Source: Ophelia neglecta (lineage: Eukaryota). From it: DNA of 64,000 bases. The stretch spans positions 136,772,001 to 136,836,000 of the forward strand of contig OZ260661.1 in the NCBI GenBank assembly GCA_965285935.1, read 5' to 3'. Positions 13,629-28,200 of this stretch are shown piece after piece (the stretch's first letter is position 1; every line of letters begins with the position of its first letter). The notes under the pieces are model-generated. The model was not told the origin of the DNA. It worked only from the letters and a program-made list of their open reading frames with translations, and ran no database searches. A program made the position numbers and the translations under genes.

Positions 13629-16600
13629 CTAAAAAGAGCCCCGTTCGTCTCATTAAAGTCTGTTATTCCTTACTCAATCTATAGAAAAAGCTCCCGATGT
13701 GAATTTTGTATAATCAAGCCAATATATTGTTAGATTCGTGATGCCCTCGAGAAGTAAGAATTCTTTTATCATTCGTAGATATGGGATTTCTGATACATCT
13801 AACCAGTACCACACGACACCGGACTACTTTATATCTCCCATGACAACTTTATCACGTATACATAGCATTTGGAATCCCAGATTCAACAAATAAGACCAAG
13901 AAGCATGCCTTTAGAAATGGTTTGATATAAGTATCGCGAATTAATGTGTTAGTTTAATAAATAAGCAAACTAACTAGCTCTATCGATCAGATTATTTCTA
14001 CCATATAAGTGTGTAACAGACCGAACATATATTCGTGAATTGCATTTCCTGCATCAACGTGCACGATAATAGCGAGTGTATGTCATCTTATCATTGTTTT
14101 ATTTGTAATTATTTATTGAAACAAGTCCAGTCTGGGTATAAGATGGGCTTAGGCAAAGGGATTTTACCTTAGGTAAAAATAGGTACACGAAAAATACCAC
14201 TCTCATACAAGTGGTCTAGAACAGGTAAAGGCGTCCGATTACATCGTTTGAATGCCATTTTCCACCCTTGAAAATCTGATTTTCCAAGGCTTAATTGGCC
14301 TTTACTTGTACCCAGCTAGGCAGTTCATGTACTCAATTAAGAATTTGATTATTTCCATATTAAAAGCAAAAGTGATTTAAACCAGTAAATTGGCCTAGCC
14401 ACTAACATCTATTCCTCAAAGTACATTATATCTCTACCTTACATTTTAACAACGTGTTTTGCTCTTCCCTATAGCTACGAAGGATCAATTTCAGGCAAGC
14501 ACGACGATTTATGAATAAAGTGAGCAGGACCTCAGTATAAATGACTGTCACATTTATGGACTGTATTCAATAAGGAGACTTGCTAAAAAGAAAAATATTG
14601 ATTGTATCATCAGTGCCTAATTTGTAAAGGAACTCAATCCCTAGAATTACCACATTCCCTCAAGTGTATTCGATATATAAAAGGCCTAAATCCAAACTAT
14701 TAGCACTCTTTCCCACGTGTTGCTACAGAAGTAGGTTTGCATCATAAATTCCGTTTATGCGTATTAAACAAATTTCAAAAGTGACCTAATGCTGGTTATT
14801 TCTCGGTGAAATATGTACCCACAGGAGGTTTGTGAAAGTATTCCGGGACTGCGATACCCGATCAAATCCAGAGTGGTGGTCTATATAAATTAATCTGGAA
14901 ATCATTGGCACTATGGTCAAAAGTATTGCTTTCCAGTCATTTGAGTCTTCGAGCCACTATTTCAGCCGCCGTTTGTTATATTAACACTTAATTATTATCA
15001 AATAAGTAAGTGGTGGAAAACAAATATGCACGTATATAGTAGCAAATCATGTTTAATGATAAATTTATTAAACTCAAAAAGCACCAACAAGTAAACCTAT
15101 GGTCATGTTAATTTATATTATAGCTGCAGATGATTTCTACAACGATACGAGCACCACACCACATCACACCCGCTTTTTAATTTCCTAAGAGAAAAATGTC
15201 CATTGTCAATATTGTAAAGCAAGTTTGGTCAAAGCTAGGTAAGCCAGTTAGTTGGCTTTGATGCGCTAAGATTGGTGAAAGAAAACGGTCAGTAGACAAA
15301 CTTAAACCCATGCACTGTCATAACCGATCCTGGTTCTGAACATAAAGTCTTGCTATTAAAGTCACGCAATATTTAGTTCGGTAACATTATCGATCTCGTT
15401 CTAAACGTATTTAACATTTTTTTGTCGAGAAATAATAGTTGTGAATATTATGCTCGAAGATTGCCATAAAATAAATTTATTTATATTTTGGACACCGTTA
15501 TTTATTAAAACCGGCTTACTGGAACACTAGTTCCCTTCTTTCATGTGTTTGCTAAAGAATGTTTTCCGGTACCATTCGACATTTTCCTTGTTCACAACAA
15601 GATTCAAATTCGGCCATGTCTGACAATTTTAAACCAATCTTTCAGCTCTGGCCTTCAAGTGCGTTAATACTTAATATGAGGTGTGCTCCTACATAAAATA
15701 GGTTATTAACCATTCCATTTTTGCGCGTTGCATAATTTCAAAAACAATATATCATTATATAGACGCCTCTGAGCAATATAGGGCGCGATAGTAAGAAGTG
15801 CAGTATGGGCAAATTGCATGCAGGGAATTATTCTACTCCCGTATAGACCCTGAATGAAAGTAACGTACACTAATACGTTTGATATCATGAACGCTTCGAT
15901 AATTATACTCATCTATATTAGTCTCGTGAAATATCGCCGCTCAAACAAGAAACATCATTATGTAGATTACAGTTTTAAGTGGGTCGGAGGCCGTCTTTGC
16001 AGTTATATGAACACCCATCCCAAGATTTACCCAATTATTCCCTGTAGGTGAGCATCGACTTATTTATAGCATGGGTTAGACATTACCAAAGTATTTGGTA
16101 ATCAATGGGTTAACCGAATTTACATTATGCCTTAGGATTATCCAAATATGCTAGAACTGATTTAGCACAATATTCATATATTGGTTTCATTTTCAATGAC
16201 TTTACTTTTTAATCGGTACACCATGCATGCCATCTTTCAACAATCGTCGGCCCAATATGTTACTGTGTACTTAATTTTTCTTTACCTGTTACAGCGGCTG
16301 ACTTGTTGGCGTGTTGCACACAGTAAAACAGTACAATATTTGAAATAACAGAAATGGGAACTTTCGATGCAGAACTCCTGAAAGTTTATGATGATATGGA
16401 AGTTTTCAAGCCTACTGTGCCTCCAATATCTTTGCCTGATGCAGACAAAATGTTTGCTGATGTTTTGATAATCTTTCACTTGCCAGACAGATATACGTGT
16501 ATGCATGGATAAATTCTTCAGTGATGCTGATTCCTTTTTATGAGTACCACTGTTCGTGCCGTGGCCTATATCAAGTACCTCCCACTTGCCAACTAGTTAT

Positions 16601-19600
16601 GCCTGACCACCCGAATACCAACTTATGCATGACTGCCCGAATCACTAAGTGATTGCTGAGTGGGCACTGGTCATTTAACATAGGATTGCTGTGGGGTGTG
16701 CCTACCTGAGCCAGGCCGGGCAGATATGCTGCTAAGCGGCAATATACTTATGGGAAGGACATCTTTACCATATGGCATAGGTGTATTGACTAAAGATTGC
16801 ATAACCATCATGTTTACTCCAGACAAGGTGCAATTTGTCGAGTGATGCCATCAAATGCAAACGAATGTAAGCAAGGTATGTAGAAAAATATCGATACAAC
16901 CTTAGTATTTTTTCCCTAGATCAAATAAATAATTATCCATTGTTATGTTTCGTAATACCTCCTCTAGTTCGGGCTATTAAAACCATGCCCTTTACCTTTG
17001 AAGAATCCCCATGGATCAGATTTAATAGTGTTTATTTCCAACTCCATCTTCAGAAACGCTAAATCGATTCTCTGCAATCAAGGCCCAATTGGATACGTCG
17101 TGCCAACGACAAGGGAGATACTTCTATAATCATTCATAGGTGTGCGGCTTCTGGTGTGTCAAATCATTACATTAAAAAAGGGCCAAAGTTGTTCCCCTTA
17201 TACTTATACACTTATTACCTATACTTTACAGCTCATTGGGAATTATACTTTAAACAAATAAGACCAAGGTACATGCCTTTAGAGATGGATTGATTAAGTA
17301 TTAAAAATCTGTGTTAGTTTATTAATGAAGTGTCAACGATAATCAAGTTGTTGTAGCAGCTCTCCGAGAAGGAATTTAAAGGGTATAAACGAGGTAATTG
17401 TATTGACAAAAAGTAATCCGCAATATGAATTATTCATCCGCTCGGGCTAGTTTCTAGAAGGACCATGTATAAGTTAGGCTGTATATATCAGACGGGATAG
17501 GTGACTTGCTGCTCAGCTGCTTATTGACTTTAAAATGATGTTTCAATTTTAATTCATATAATTCATAGAGTAGACATGTGAATTAAGCCAGGAACTGATC
17601 ACATTTCCTTACTCCTCTTATTCATTCAATGGTCGCAATAGTAGCAGTGCTTATGCATGAGAAAATCTTTAAATTTTGGATACCAAGATGGATTGCTAGA
17701 TTAAGGGTCCCTTCGTATACATATATTTATTGATAATAACGCCTTTTCTTAGGACCTACGAGTTTTCTTCAGGATGATTAGATCTAGCAAGTCTGTTGAA
17801 CAAGCATGTTTAAATTGAGGGCTTTTAAGTAATGAGCCATTTGTGCATTAAGTAAGAATGCCTATGATTAATTATAGTAATTTTGAATGGTATATCCGAT
17901 ACAAAACAAGTTTTCCAATCATTATCGGCGATACATTTGATTCCCTTTTAATGGGTTTTTGATTTGATAGCTTTTACCAGAATATCCTACCAATGTCCCT
18001 TCCCTCGACTGGACAACACCTTCCTGGCAGAATAATGTCCATCGCAGAAGAAATCGGCTAGGCAACACTTAGTATCCGGCGACCCTTGAGTCATCTTATC
18101 AATGCGTACGTGTTCCTTCGCCTATCTTTATCAAAAATACATTTGAAATGACCAATTTAAGCATAATATTCATCACTATACAGATCTCTACCACTTAACT
18201 AACAACCAATTTGATGTTCCAGGGCTGCCTAAAATATTATTAAGTGCGGAATCCATTTACTTTCAAATCTGGCAAACTGTATTAATAACGAATCGCCACC
18301 TCTTCCTACTCGCATTCAGGCTACTTCAAAGCACTACCCTGGGTAATGTGTAAAGCTTACATTTTGCTCTGATGCTGGAACAAATGTACAATCAAAACCA
18401 AAAGTGCTCCCCATGGTCCTATAAGAATATAATTAACGACGCTTCTGAATCGAAGGCGGCGCGGAATCGGATCATTTTAGTTCGTGGCCCGGCAATAGTC
18501 GGCCTTTGATGCATTTTGTGCAATTTAACGGATTAATGCATAACCTTTTTTTAGCTCCCGTTATATTTTTCCTTATCAATTTATTTTCATGGCATGAATA
18601 AAAATGCTTTGCTGGCTAGGCAATACATCGTCAGACCAAATTTATGTATCTTTTGATAAAATAGAAGGGTGAACAGAGGGTCAATTAGCTGTTTGTTATT
18701 TTGAGGAAATGACTTGATCTTTATTTACTAGTGATGTATTGTAGGCAAGAGATGTAGAAAAGGCAATCTTGGGGAATGTTCATCCTGGATAGGCCTACAC
18801 TCCTCTGTCTGACAATAGCCTAACGGTCACTGTTGGCCCAGCAACAGCCCACACAAGTCCTCCCGTCATAAGATAATGGGAAGCAGACTGACTATTCTTC
18901 TACGTTGGAGTTATATCATCTCCATAGACAAAAAGGGACTGGATCCCCGGCAGACAAAGCCAATTCATGATTCGAGAATAGTCCATTTATTCGAAATCAT
19001 CAGGAAACGGCTTCCACAACGTCGAACAAATAAAAAAAATTCAAAAATGTAATGCAACTAATAATAAATAAATAAAAACATGTGTTGGAATGTATTTTTC
19101 AGTTATGATTATGTTGCGTGTATTCTAATTGTCCACTATGCGGCGACACCGTCGCACCAGTCACATAGGTCACCCATGCCAGTTTACTTAAATATATTGA
19201 AAGCGTTTAACCTGGCAACCGAATAGGACCTTGTATTTTTGTAGGATTTAAATCCAGTTCTCTACTGGGCATGTTGTAAAATATCATCTAACCTTGGTAG
19301 TATATGTATTATATTTCAAATTAATGGTAATGTTTTCTGTTACTCTAAGGAAGTATTGATATGGAAATAATTTGAGTAATCCTTATAATAAATAACGTCA
19401 TTAAAACCTAGAGAGAAGGTACACATCACTTTCTTTAATATTATCTTAGAGTCTTCCTATATTGGTATATTACATGCTTTATCTCCGAGTAACTTATATT
19501 TGTATTTATTTTTATTTACATATTTTATATTTTACTTTACTCTGTACAGACCGCCTTATAGTCGCTGAATATATGTACTCGAACCCGGTATTTTCTTCAT

Positions 19601-20237
19601 ATTTTGACCTTTCATATACAACAACCAAAATACCACACATACTATCACTTGCAAAGAAGTAGTCACCAGTCACATAAGACAAAGACGAAGTATGCTCTTG
19701 GAGAGTGTATTTAGGTCTCAGATCTCCTAAAAGTTAGAGACCAATGAAGAAATTGACTAAATAAACCGATCCGTCTACCCGGCGATATGAGCGCTGTCCC
19801 CCCCCCCCCCCCCCGTTTACCAGGAGCGGCTAACGACCGGGCCAGTTTTGGGATATTCTCTTTTAATCTTACTTCGATGACAGCGCAGCGGTCAACAATA
19901 AACAAAAGACAAGAGAGAGACGTTAACATTTCTTGAATATTCTGGCGGGAAACGGTAATAAATCGTCTCGATGGTGAAGGAAATTGTAATCTAGATTAAG
20001 TAAACCAATCACGCTTTAATCGGGACTCACCATGTGCATTTGCTGTATACGATTTTATATCAGTGCGACGCAGATGTACAAGCCCCTAGCATGAGAGGAA
20101 TAGATCACCAAAAGCCATTGTTACTGACAATGGGATGCAGAATTTTCACTTTATCTTGGAACCGCCCATCTTGGTATTGTTTTCCGCTGTATAGGATAAA
20201 ACTGAGTATCGCATCTTGATCTAGTAATCTCATGGCC
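13629..20237 (+). repeat. Tandem segmental duplication 1, copy B (empty LINE site at 18327/18328; extra ~0.9 kb at ~18970-19890)
   Basis: Direct repeat of 2181-13442 once the LINE is removed. Confidence 0.93.
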
Positions 20238-22679
20238 GGGCGTTACCCTTTCCAAATTAGTACTTCATTCCCTTTCACATGATACACACCAATTCGTCGA
20301 TGTGAAATGAATTTATCTTCCGCAAGCCTAGGCACTCCGTGAACGAAATATGAATCATTGTATGTGTTGTCTAATGTCTCCTTGGGTTTTAGTAGTAACG
20401 CGCAGACAGAAAGTGGCGAGTTGTCTTTAATTATCATGAAATCATTGACCTGGCGTTTTGTTGTTACGGCTGGTTCCTGGTGAATTGAGACCGGTGTGAT
20501 AGACTCTCCTTTGTTATTGTCTGCCGTGAAACAACTTCAATTTTTGCGCAATGCATGTCGTTTTGTTCATGATAAGTCGGCATACACAAAAAGGAGTTCA
20601 TAGTTAATGTGGGATAACGTGGACATATTCCATGCGATAGCCTGTTTCTGGCTGTGCCACAGCTCTACACAAAGCTAGCATCGAGGCAGAAAATTCGAGA
20701 GCATGTGTGTTCTTATAGCCGCAAATGAGACGTTTGCAAACATATTTTTACTACCTTGCTATAAACAATCAATAGGTTGAATTGCATAAATGTTGCATTG
20801 CACTTTAATGCAAACAGTTTACATAATTTGTGCAAACATTGACTTCCAATATTGCAAGCTTTGAGCTAAGCTTGGGGTTTCCCAGATACAAGAAAGTAAT
20901 ATCGTTTGAGATTATTTCCTTCATGTCGGAGAAGCGACCGGAAGTGTTCACATTCACGAATAAGATCGGCATTTGTTTTTATTTGCCTTATCATACACGA
21001 CAAATTATAGGGGGTTTTCTTGCAATGCGCAAGACCAAAGATGCATTTACCATGATGGTGCAATTTGAAGAGTAACGCGATATTATATTGATAACGCAAA
21101 CACATATTAATCTGTAATACGGATCAGGTCATAGTAGTGATATCTGTGACTGTGATTTAGAACGGTTCCCTCCAATTCATTTTGGATGAATTACTAGTAG
21201 GTTTAAGATGTGACTAAAGTACTGATGCGCACTTCAAATTCGTATGCGATTCATTCGTACGGACAACTGTCATATGGCAGAAAAGTAAACAGTGGGGCGG
21301 GCATCGGCCTAGATATAGGTTTATATACCCAACATTACCTTTCAAGAGGGATGGCTAAATGGACATCGTTGGCTAGTGGATGAACCACGAAACAATTCAA
21401 TATATCGAGGTTTTAGAAATTATACATCAATCTCTAGTAACTCTTGTAAACTCTACTTGCTAGGGTCATTTTGCATGTGGCGTTGTTTTATTTTGTTCAA
21501 TTGCACTAAATAACCGAGATTAATTCTGGGCAAAGAAAACCATATAGCAATACAACAGGCATATTATTACTCAGTTTTGATTCAAGTCATTTTTTGACCC
21601 AGCTAGTTTGCGTCTAACTGTTTTTTTTCCAAAGTGACTTCATTCAGGAGCCACAAAATATATATAATATAATTTTCATAAATATAAAACTACTGGTGAT
21701 ACATTAAAATGTCCCCAACCGGTACACAGTAAAAATTCAGCTATAAAAGGAATTGTTTATTTTTCCGTTGTTTCGAAGATTTTTAGAAATACATTAATGA
21801 CAGTATTTCGCACTGTTTCATCAAAGAAATTCCGCTATAAATCTGGGTGACTATTAGTAGGCGCTAGTAATAATGTTAAGCACATACTTTATCGTTTTGC
21901 TTTATTAAGTTTTTTAAATATAATATGGCCATTTTACAACATGATTGTTGATAGCCGCCTTCCTCTCCTCAAAAGTATTATGCCCAATATATTGCCTATA
22001 TAGAAAAAGTGTGCTGAAAAAACCGGGAGTTACGACTGTGTAGCAACCCATGACGATACTGAGCGTTAACCTACTGATTTATGTCGCTTGGTTCACGACG
22101 ATAGTGTGATGTTGTTTACTTAATAACATTTGATGCCTCCATTGCAAAATGTCTGTAGATGAGGATGGTTACCACGTCGAATATAACAGAATCGAGACCC
22201 CTTCTGTTATGCTAGTATGTCATCAACCTGGTCAGACAGACCCTGAGACAACTGGCTGTATAGTCCATGTAGGTAGCTTCGAATCACGAGAACGGGAACA
22301 AAGACCCAGGATATTATCGAAAAGTAGTGAGATGTGATTTATGCACTTTCCTTTGTTTACCTTGTTTTTCCGAACTTAATGTTCACAAGCGCTATGCGAT
22401 GGCAGACTTCATCTAGATTCGCGTAATAGCATTACTTATTTATAATAAACAACCCTCTAAATGAGGTCTCAGCTGCTTCCTAGATGCTCTGACACGTGAT
22501 TTATGTTACAGATTTAGAACATGTTTCATCATAATCGCCGTATTGTGTAATTGCCTTCAGTCTCAACTGACAGCCTAGTCGATCAAAGGACTAGAAAAGA
22601 CTTTACAGGTTATAAAAAACCCGGAAGCAGCGGATGACACTGCGATATATTCACCCTTAGGCCATATGTCGTTTACATG

Positions 22680-22887
22680 CCCAGCCACTAAACTTTTGAG
22701 TAAGAGCGGAAGTAAATCCCAACATAAGAACAGTACACCTGACCTTTACACGTGTCCTTTACCCTCCCTTTACCTAATCCTTAAATAAACCCTCAGCCCT
22801 CACCCTAGCCTTGCTTACTTAGTTTTGCTTCATGCCACTCAGAATTACCAAAGACCTCCGCCTCCGCAGCTCTATGTCCCAGCCACT
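22680..22887 (+). mobile_element. Degenerate MITE related to 44597-44821
   Basis: Shares GCGGAAGTAAATCCC..ATAAGAACAG, degenerate CCCTAA-like repeats, TTTGCTTCATGC.ACTCAGAA and GACCTCCGCCTCCGCA with the 44.6-kb element. Confidence 0.7.
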
Positions 22888-23089
22888 TAAGTAAAAACAG
22901 GTATTTTATGACAAGAACACTGGGTTATTTTAAAAGGTAATAGTTGAGTCTTACTCTCAGTGATGAATGGGCATTCATGAAATATTTGTACGTGGAGCAA
23001 GGAGGGTTAAGGTAAGGTTCTTACGTTTTGTTACATGCTAGGCCAGCTCACACGACGGTACAATTATCCGCTGACACATGGATCTACTC

Positions 23090-23441
23090 ATTGATTGATT
23101 GATTGATTGAATGTTTTTCTTATTTTGCAAATAAGCTTACACGGGCCCTAGCAATAGCCTCTGGGCCGTAGGTGTTAGACGCCCAATACAATACTCATGT
23201 GTATCATTTCTGAATTGGCTCATCTCCCCTGGGAGAATACAAGGTGCAATCGCCTTAACGCCAAAGCAATTTATTTATTAATCCGCCAGACACCCATCGT
23301 CTCTTGGGAGGAGATTGTGGCGGCGAGGTTAAGATCTATGCCAACAAACCGTTGCCTCGACCGAGGGGTGGAGGGGGAGGGGGCAATCACCGGGCTGGTG
23401 CCTTGCAGCATGCCTCGCAGTTCACTCGGCCACTGCGCCCC
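23090..23441 (-). mobile_element. tRNA-derived SINE with a (TCAA)n tail
   Basis: Minus strand starts GGGGCGCAGTGGCCGAGTG (tRNA-like head with A box). B-box region is degenerate. Has a 3' stem-loop GGCCC..GGGCC and ends in (TCAA)5. Confidence 0.65.
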
Positions 23442-25269
23442 ATGTGCAAGGTTATATGTTTGGTCGGACACGTATATGTGTTTAATCGAGTACTGTGATC
23501 AGTTATAATTTCATCGCGGAAAACACCGGGTAAAGCGTCGTAACACCCTAGTTCACATTAAGGTAATGATAGATTTTCTAACCATTTTTAAGACAAATGT
23601 ACATGACTCAATTTAATAAAGAAAATTCCGGCATAAAGAACAACTGTTCTTTAAAGTCATACTGGTTAGATCCAATCCCGAGTCCAATTTCCCATAAGAA
23701 ATTGCGCATGACTAATTTCCTAGTTGTCAGTCGAATATTCACTTTTTCTTATCAATCTTTAAACTGATATGTTTACCCTATAGAGGAAAATATTACACCT
23801 AGATAGTTGATTATTTAATATGCACTTCTTATTTACGGAAGAATTGTTTTCTTGCTGCCTCCAGCAATTTAAAACAAATTGAGGTCCGATACTAGCTCGC
23901 AGTTAATAAGTTTTATGCGTGAGGGGGGGGGGGGGTATCTTCCACTTTATAGAATTTGCCAGGGAACTTAGGGCATTTCCTATATTATATCATTCTAATG
24001 AAAACAATTGGGTGCAAGGCAAACAAAAGAAATCGACCCAAAAGAGTTCAAGTATCCATAGAACAGATGGCGAGTAACCCATTCAAGTAGATGACATGCG
24101 GTGTCCTGGTTGGTTTAACATCAAACTTTGTGCATATGTTCCACATACAGAAACGAAATTGAAAATCACTTTAAGCGATCCGCATAAAGCATTTTAAAGG
24201 AAAAATATTTAAAAATGCTTGATTTAAATTAAGTGCTAATTATGTTAGATATAATGAAGTATTACATAAATATAATCAACTAAAGAGTATATTTAGAACT
24301 AATTTTAAAACATATTTGTGTATACGAAATGTAATGATTTATTTTCAAATCATGTTTGTATTTTACTCAACCCTTGGAGAGATGGAGGAGTAGCATATTG
24401 CTCAAGTTATATATTTCATAAAGCATCGACCTTTGAGGCTAATGATCCCATACAATATTTAATCACTCCCAGTCCAAGTTTGGCACGTTGGAGATCCCAT
24501 TCACAATAATGCACTAATGGATGTTCATCATATCTCTGTATACACTGGAAGTTCCCAACATACTCAGGGATTAAACTTTGAGTATTTACCAAGCTACGGT
24601 TGCCAAGAAAAAGCAGGACTTCATTCCAAAAGACATAGAAGGAAGGACTATTTGCTATTAAATAAGACTAAAACAAATTAAGTATCTTATGTTGTTAGTT
24701 AAGTTTTACGTAATCACAATTGTAACATTTTGTTAATTGATTTGATTATACCAGACATTCTTCTATAACCTCATTTACTTTTTTTTTTCATTTATACGCG
24801 TCTTATTGTAAATCGACATCGACTTGCATCGGATACTGACCTCTATGTACTTGCTATTAATATTATCCTGTTCTTATGAAGAACTGTTGTTAAACCATTA
24901 ATGCTTATCATAGCCTGCCAGCTGTTGTAAATTGGGCACACGTGGGCCAATGCGACGTGGGATTAAAGTACCCATCAGCATCAAAGGGAGCCATACTAAA
25001 GCAAAAGATAGCTATGGAAGTCAGTGCCTTAACAACGTTGCACACACTGCAGTGTGATCAGTAATCCAATCTTTCTGAAGGCTAGGCACATATGTTACAT
25101 AAATATACTTTAAAATATTTTATGTGACAGGTTCGAAGGCAAAGATACCAGGAAAGCTTGCGCAGTTGTCTTAGTCAATTTATTATCGTGTGTATCCCAT
25201 TAAAGAGGAATGATGGAACTAGTTACCTGATGACACTATAAACTAGTTTATTTTCTGCACGTGGCGTGA

Positions 25270-28200
25270 TTAGGTTAGGTTTATTAACTCGCGGCCTCAT
25301 ATGAGACATGGAGTACAAACACTTCTACAAATACACATATATACATAAAATACTTAACAGGTGGATCTAGTAGGCTATAGAAATACACTTTTAATTGAAC
25401 AGCCTCAGCACTCTGCCAAGAAATAGGGACAATTTAAATTGAGACCGTATAGAATTAAACAGATTAACAAATTTAAACATGCTAGGACGGCTGTGACAAA
25501 ATGATGGTAGATATTTTCTACGTAATTCTCTAATAGTTTCGTGCTTACATTCGAGGACGACATGGTATTCATCACCCAAAATACCATCACTACACATTGT
25601 ACAAATACGCTCTGACCTTGGTATCTGGTGATACCAGCCTATTTCCACGGGCAGGCGGTGATTACTCGTACGAAATCTACAAAGATTAAATCCTAAAAAT
25701 TCCTGGGCAATTCGGTGAGGTAGGTTTCGTAAGAGTGTACACTTTTAAATGTTTTATAGGTTACACATAATGACTACTGGATAATTGTTCGCGTCACCTC
25801 TGACTATCTTGATCAGCTAAGATTCTATGTGATTCTTTAAACATTTGGTATTTACACCTACACCTTTGGAGTCAAAGATATTCGGGCAACCACATTGTTC
25901 GAGCGTTCTCTTGATGCAGTTTAGCCACGGACTTGTATACATTCCAGGCTCGTGTATTCTATTCAGATAACAAAGAACAATGTGACTCAGTTTAGAGTCT
26001 TAACCCTGTACAGTCCGAGCGCAAAAGGCGACCATTTTCTAGCTTTAATACAAACTGACATTGGGTGCCTTTCAGTTTTTCTGTATATCATATTGTTGCA
26101 AGTAGATTTTTTCAGCATAAGAAGGTATTTACAAAACCGTAAATGCAGGCGCTCTATCAAATCACTGTTACAGAATCCCCATACCTCACAACCGTAGGTT
26201 AGGATAGGAGCAACTAGTACATCAAAAAGCTCAAACGTTAATTTAATTGGCCATCGGAGGCTATTAGACCTACTGAGTAGTGACATCATAGCTCTTGATG
26301 CCTGATCGACAAGATTTTTGATACACAATTTAAAAATACCATTAAACCTGAAGACAATACCCAAATATTTGAAGTGCTCTACAATTTCAAGGGCTTTGTT
26401 TCCCAATTTAAAAGAACAGTTGTTGGGTCTCCGTTTACCAAAAACGCAAACTTTGGTTTTGAAGCATTAATCGTTAGATTCCATTTCTTACAATACCCAT
26501 TCAAATTATCAAGTCCTTTCTGCAGCTTTTCAGCGGTATTGGCAAAGAGAACGGTGTCATCGTCATACATTATCACAATAAATTTCATCATACACTGAGC
26601 ATCAATAAAAATGCCTTCATTTGCCTCCGATTCTAAATAATCTTCGAGGTCATTTATAAATAAGGAAAATAACAGTGGTGATAAGTTCTCACCCTGCCTT
26701 ACACCGGCCATATTAACAAAATAATCAGTCATTTTACCATTACTTATGACACATGATTTAACATTGCGATACAGGGACATTATAACTTTGACTATTTTAG
26801 ATTCCTTACTGAGACCTTGGTAATCTAGTTTCCACCAGAGTGCCTGACGCCAGATTTTATCGAAAGCTTTCTATAAAAGCGGTGCATCATCCCATCAATA
26901 ATAGACTTAAACAAAAATACATGGTCAGTTGTATTATAACCCTTGCGGAAGCCAGCTTGGTTTTCGCTCAGCAGGTTGTTTTCCTCAACAAATACATGCA
27001 GTCTACTATTTAATGCAGAGGTGAATTATTTACCTAAACAAGACAACAGTGTTATGTCCCGATAGTTAGATGGGTCTGATGCGTCCCCTTTATGCTTGTA
27101 GATAGGAAGAATGAGACCTACTGTTCAACTCTCAGGGATAATTCCTTGTGACAATATTTCATTAAATAGTCTTAGATAAACTGGCATGAGTAGAACTCGG
27201 CTATTTATTATGAACTCATTAATGGTGGGATCCACCCCACTTGACTTTTCTTTCTTTAAATTACCAATTGCTTGTTGCAACTCATCTGCCGTAAATGGGC
27301 GGTCAAGCGAGGTGAAGTCAATACAAGCAGAACCCCCTTCTCTATCTAACGTATTGTTGATATTCGAGTTATCTTTACCCAGATGATTGAAATGGTGGTA
27401 TAGATCTTGTAAGGTAGCTTTAACATGGGTTTTCTTTTTGCATTGTAGGATTCTCCAATATTCTTTACAGTTAGACTTTCTTAGGTTTGAGAGACGAGCC
27501 CGTAATTTTCTGTCAGTCTCAGCCTGAGCCTTTTGTCGCTCTCGTTTTAAAGTTTGACTGTTACGAACCAAGTCAACATGAGCTCTTTTTGACTTATGGC
27601 GTGAGTGATGGCGTCTAGCTGGATTATAATCAAGCTTAGCATTTTTATAATCAATGCTTTCAAAGACAACTTTATTTGTGGCTGCTCTGCTTGCGCTGTT
27701 CTTATCGTTACAATTTGGTTTTGGAAAAGTTTTAATCGCACTATCCAAGAGTATTGACGCCGCTAATGTCGTGACCTCATTAATATCAATGATTGTTTCA
27801 AAGTCAAGTTTCCGGATAAGTGAATCAATTTGGTTAACATCCAAATTGTTAATGAATTCATTTTTCTTTTCATTTTTCCAAAAAGCAAAAGGTTTTATAT
27901 AAGTTGTTAATGAAAGATTCTCCGTCTCATTACTTAAGATATCATTAGTAGTGGCGTTGGGATCTCTCCCAGGGAGACTTAGAGTGACTTCAATCGGGCA
28001 GTGCACGTCTGAATACAGTGGGTCAAAATGTAGCACTTCCAGGTGAGACACCAGTGATGCGATTGAAGGTGACCCAATAACATAGTCGACAACTGTGCCG
28101 AGCTTGGTTGTGGCAGCACCAATGTCACGGTCCTTGCCTATACGGCCATTGAATATAACTATCGAAGAATTCATACAGATTTCCAATAGGCGGTCACCAT

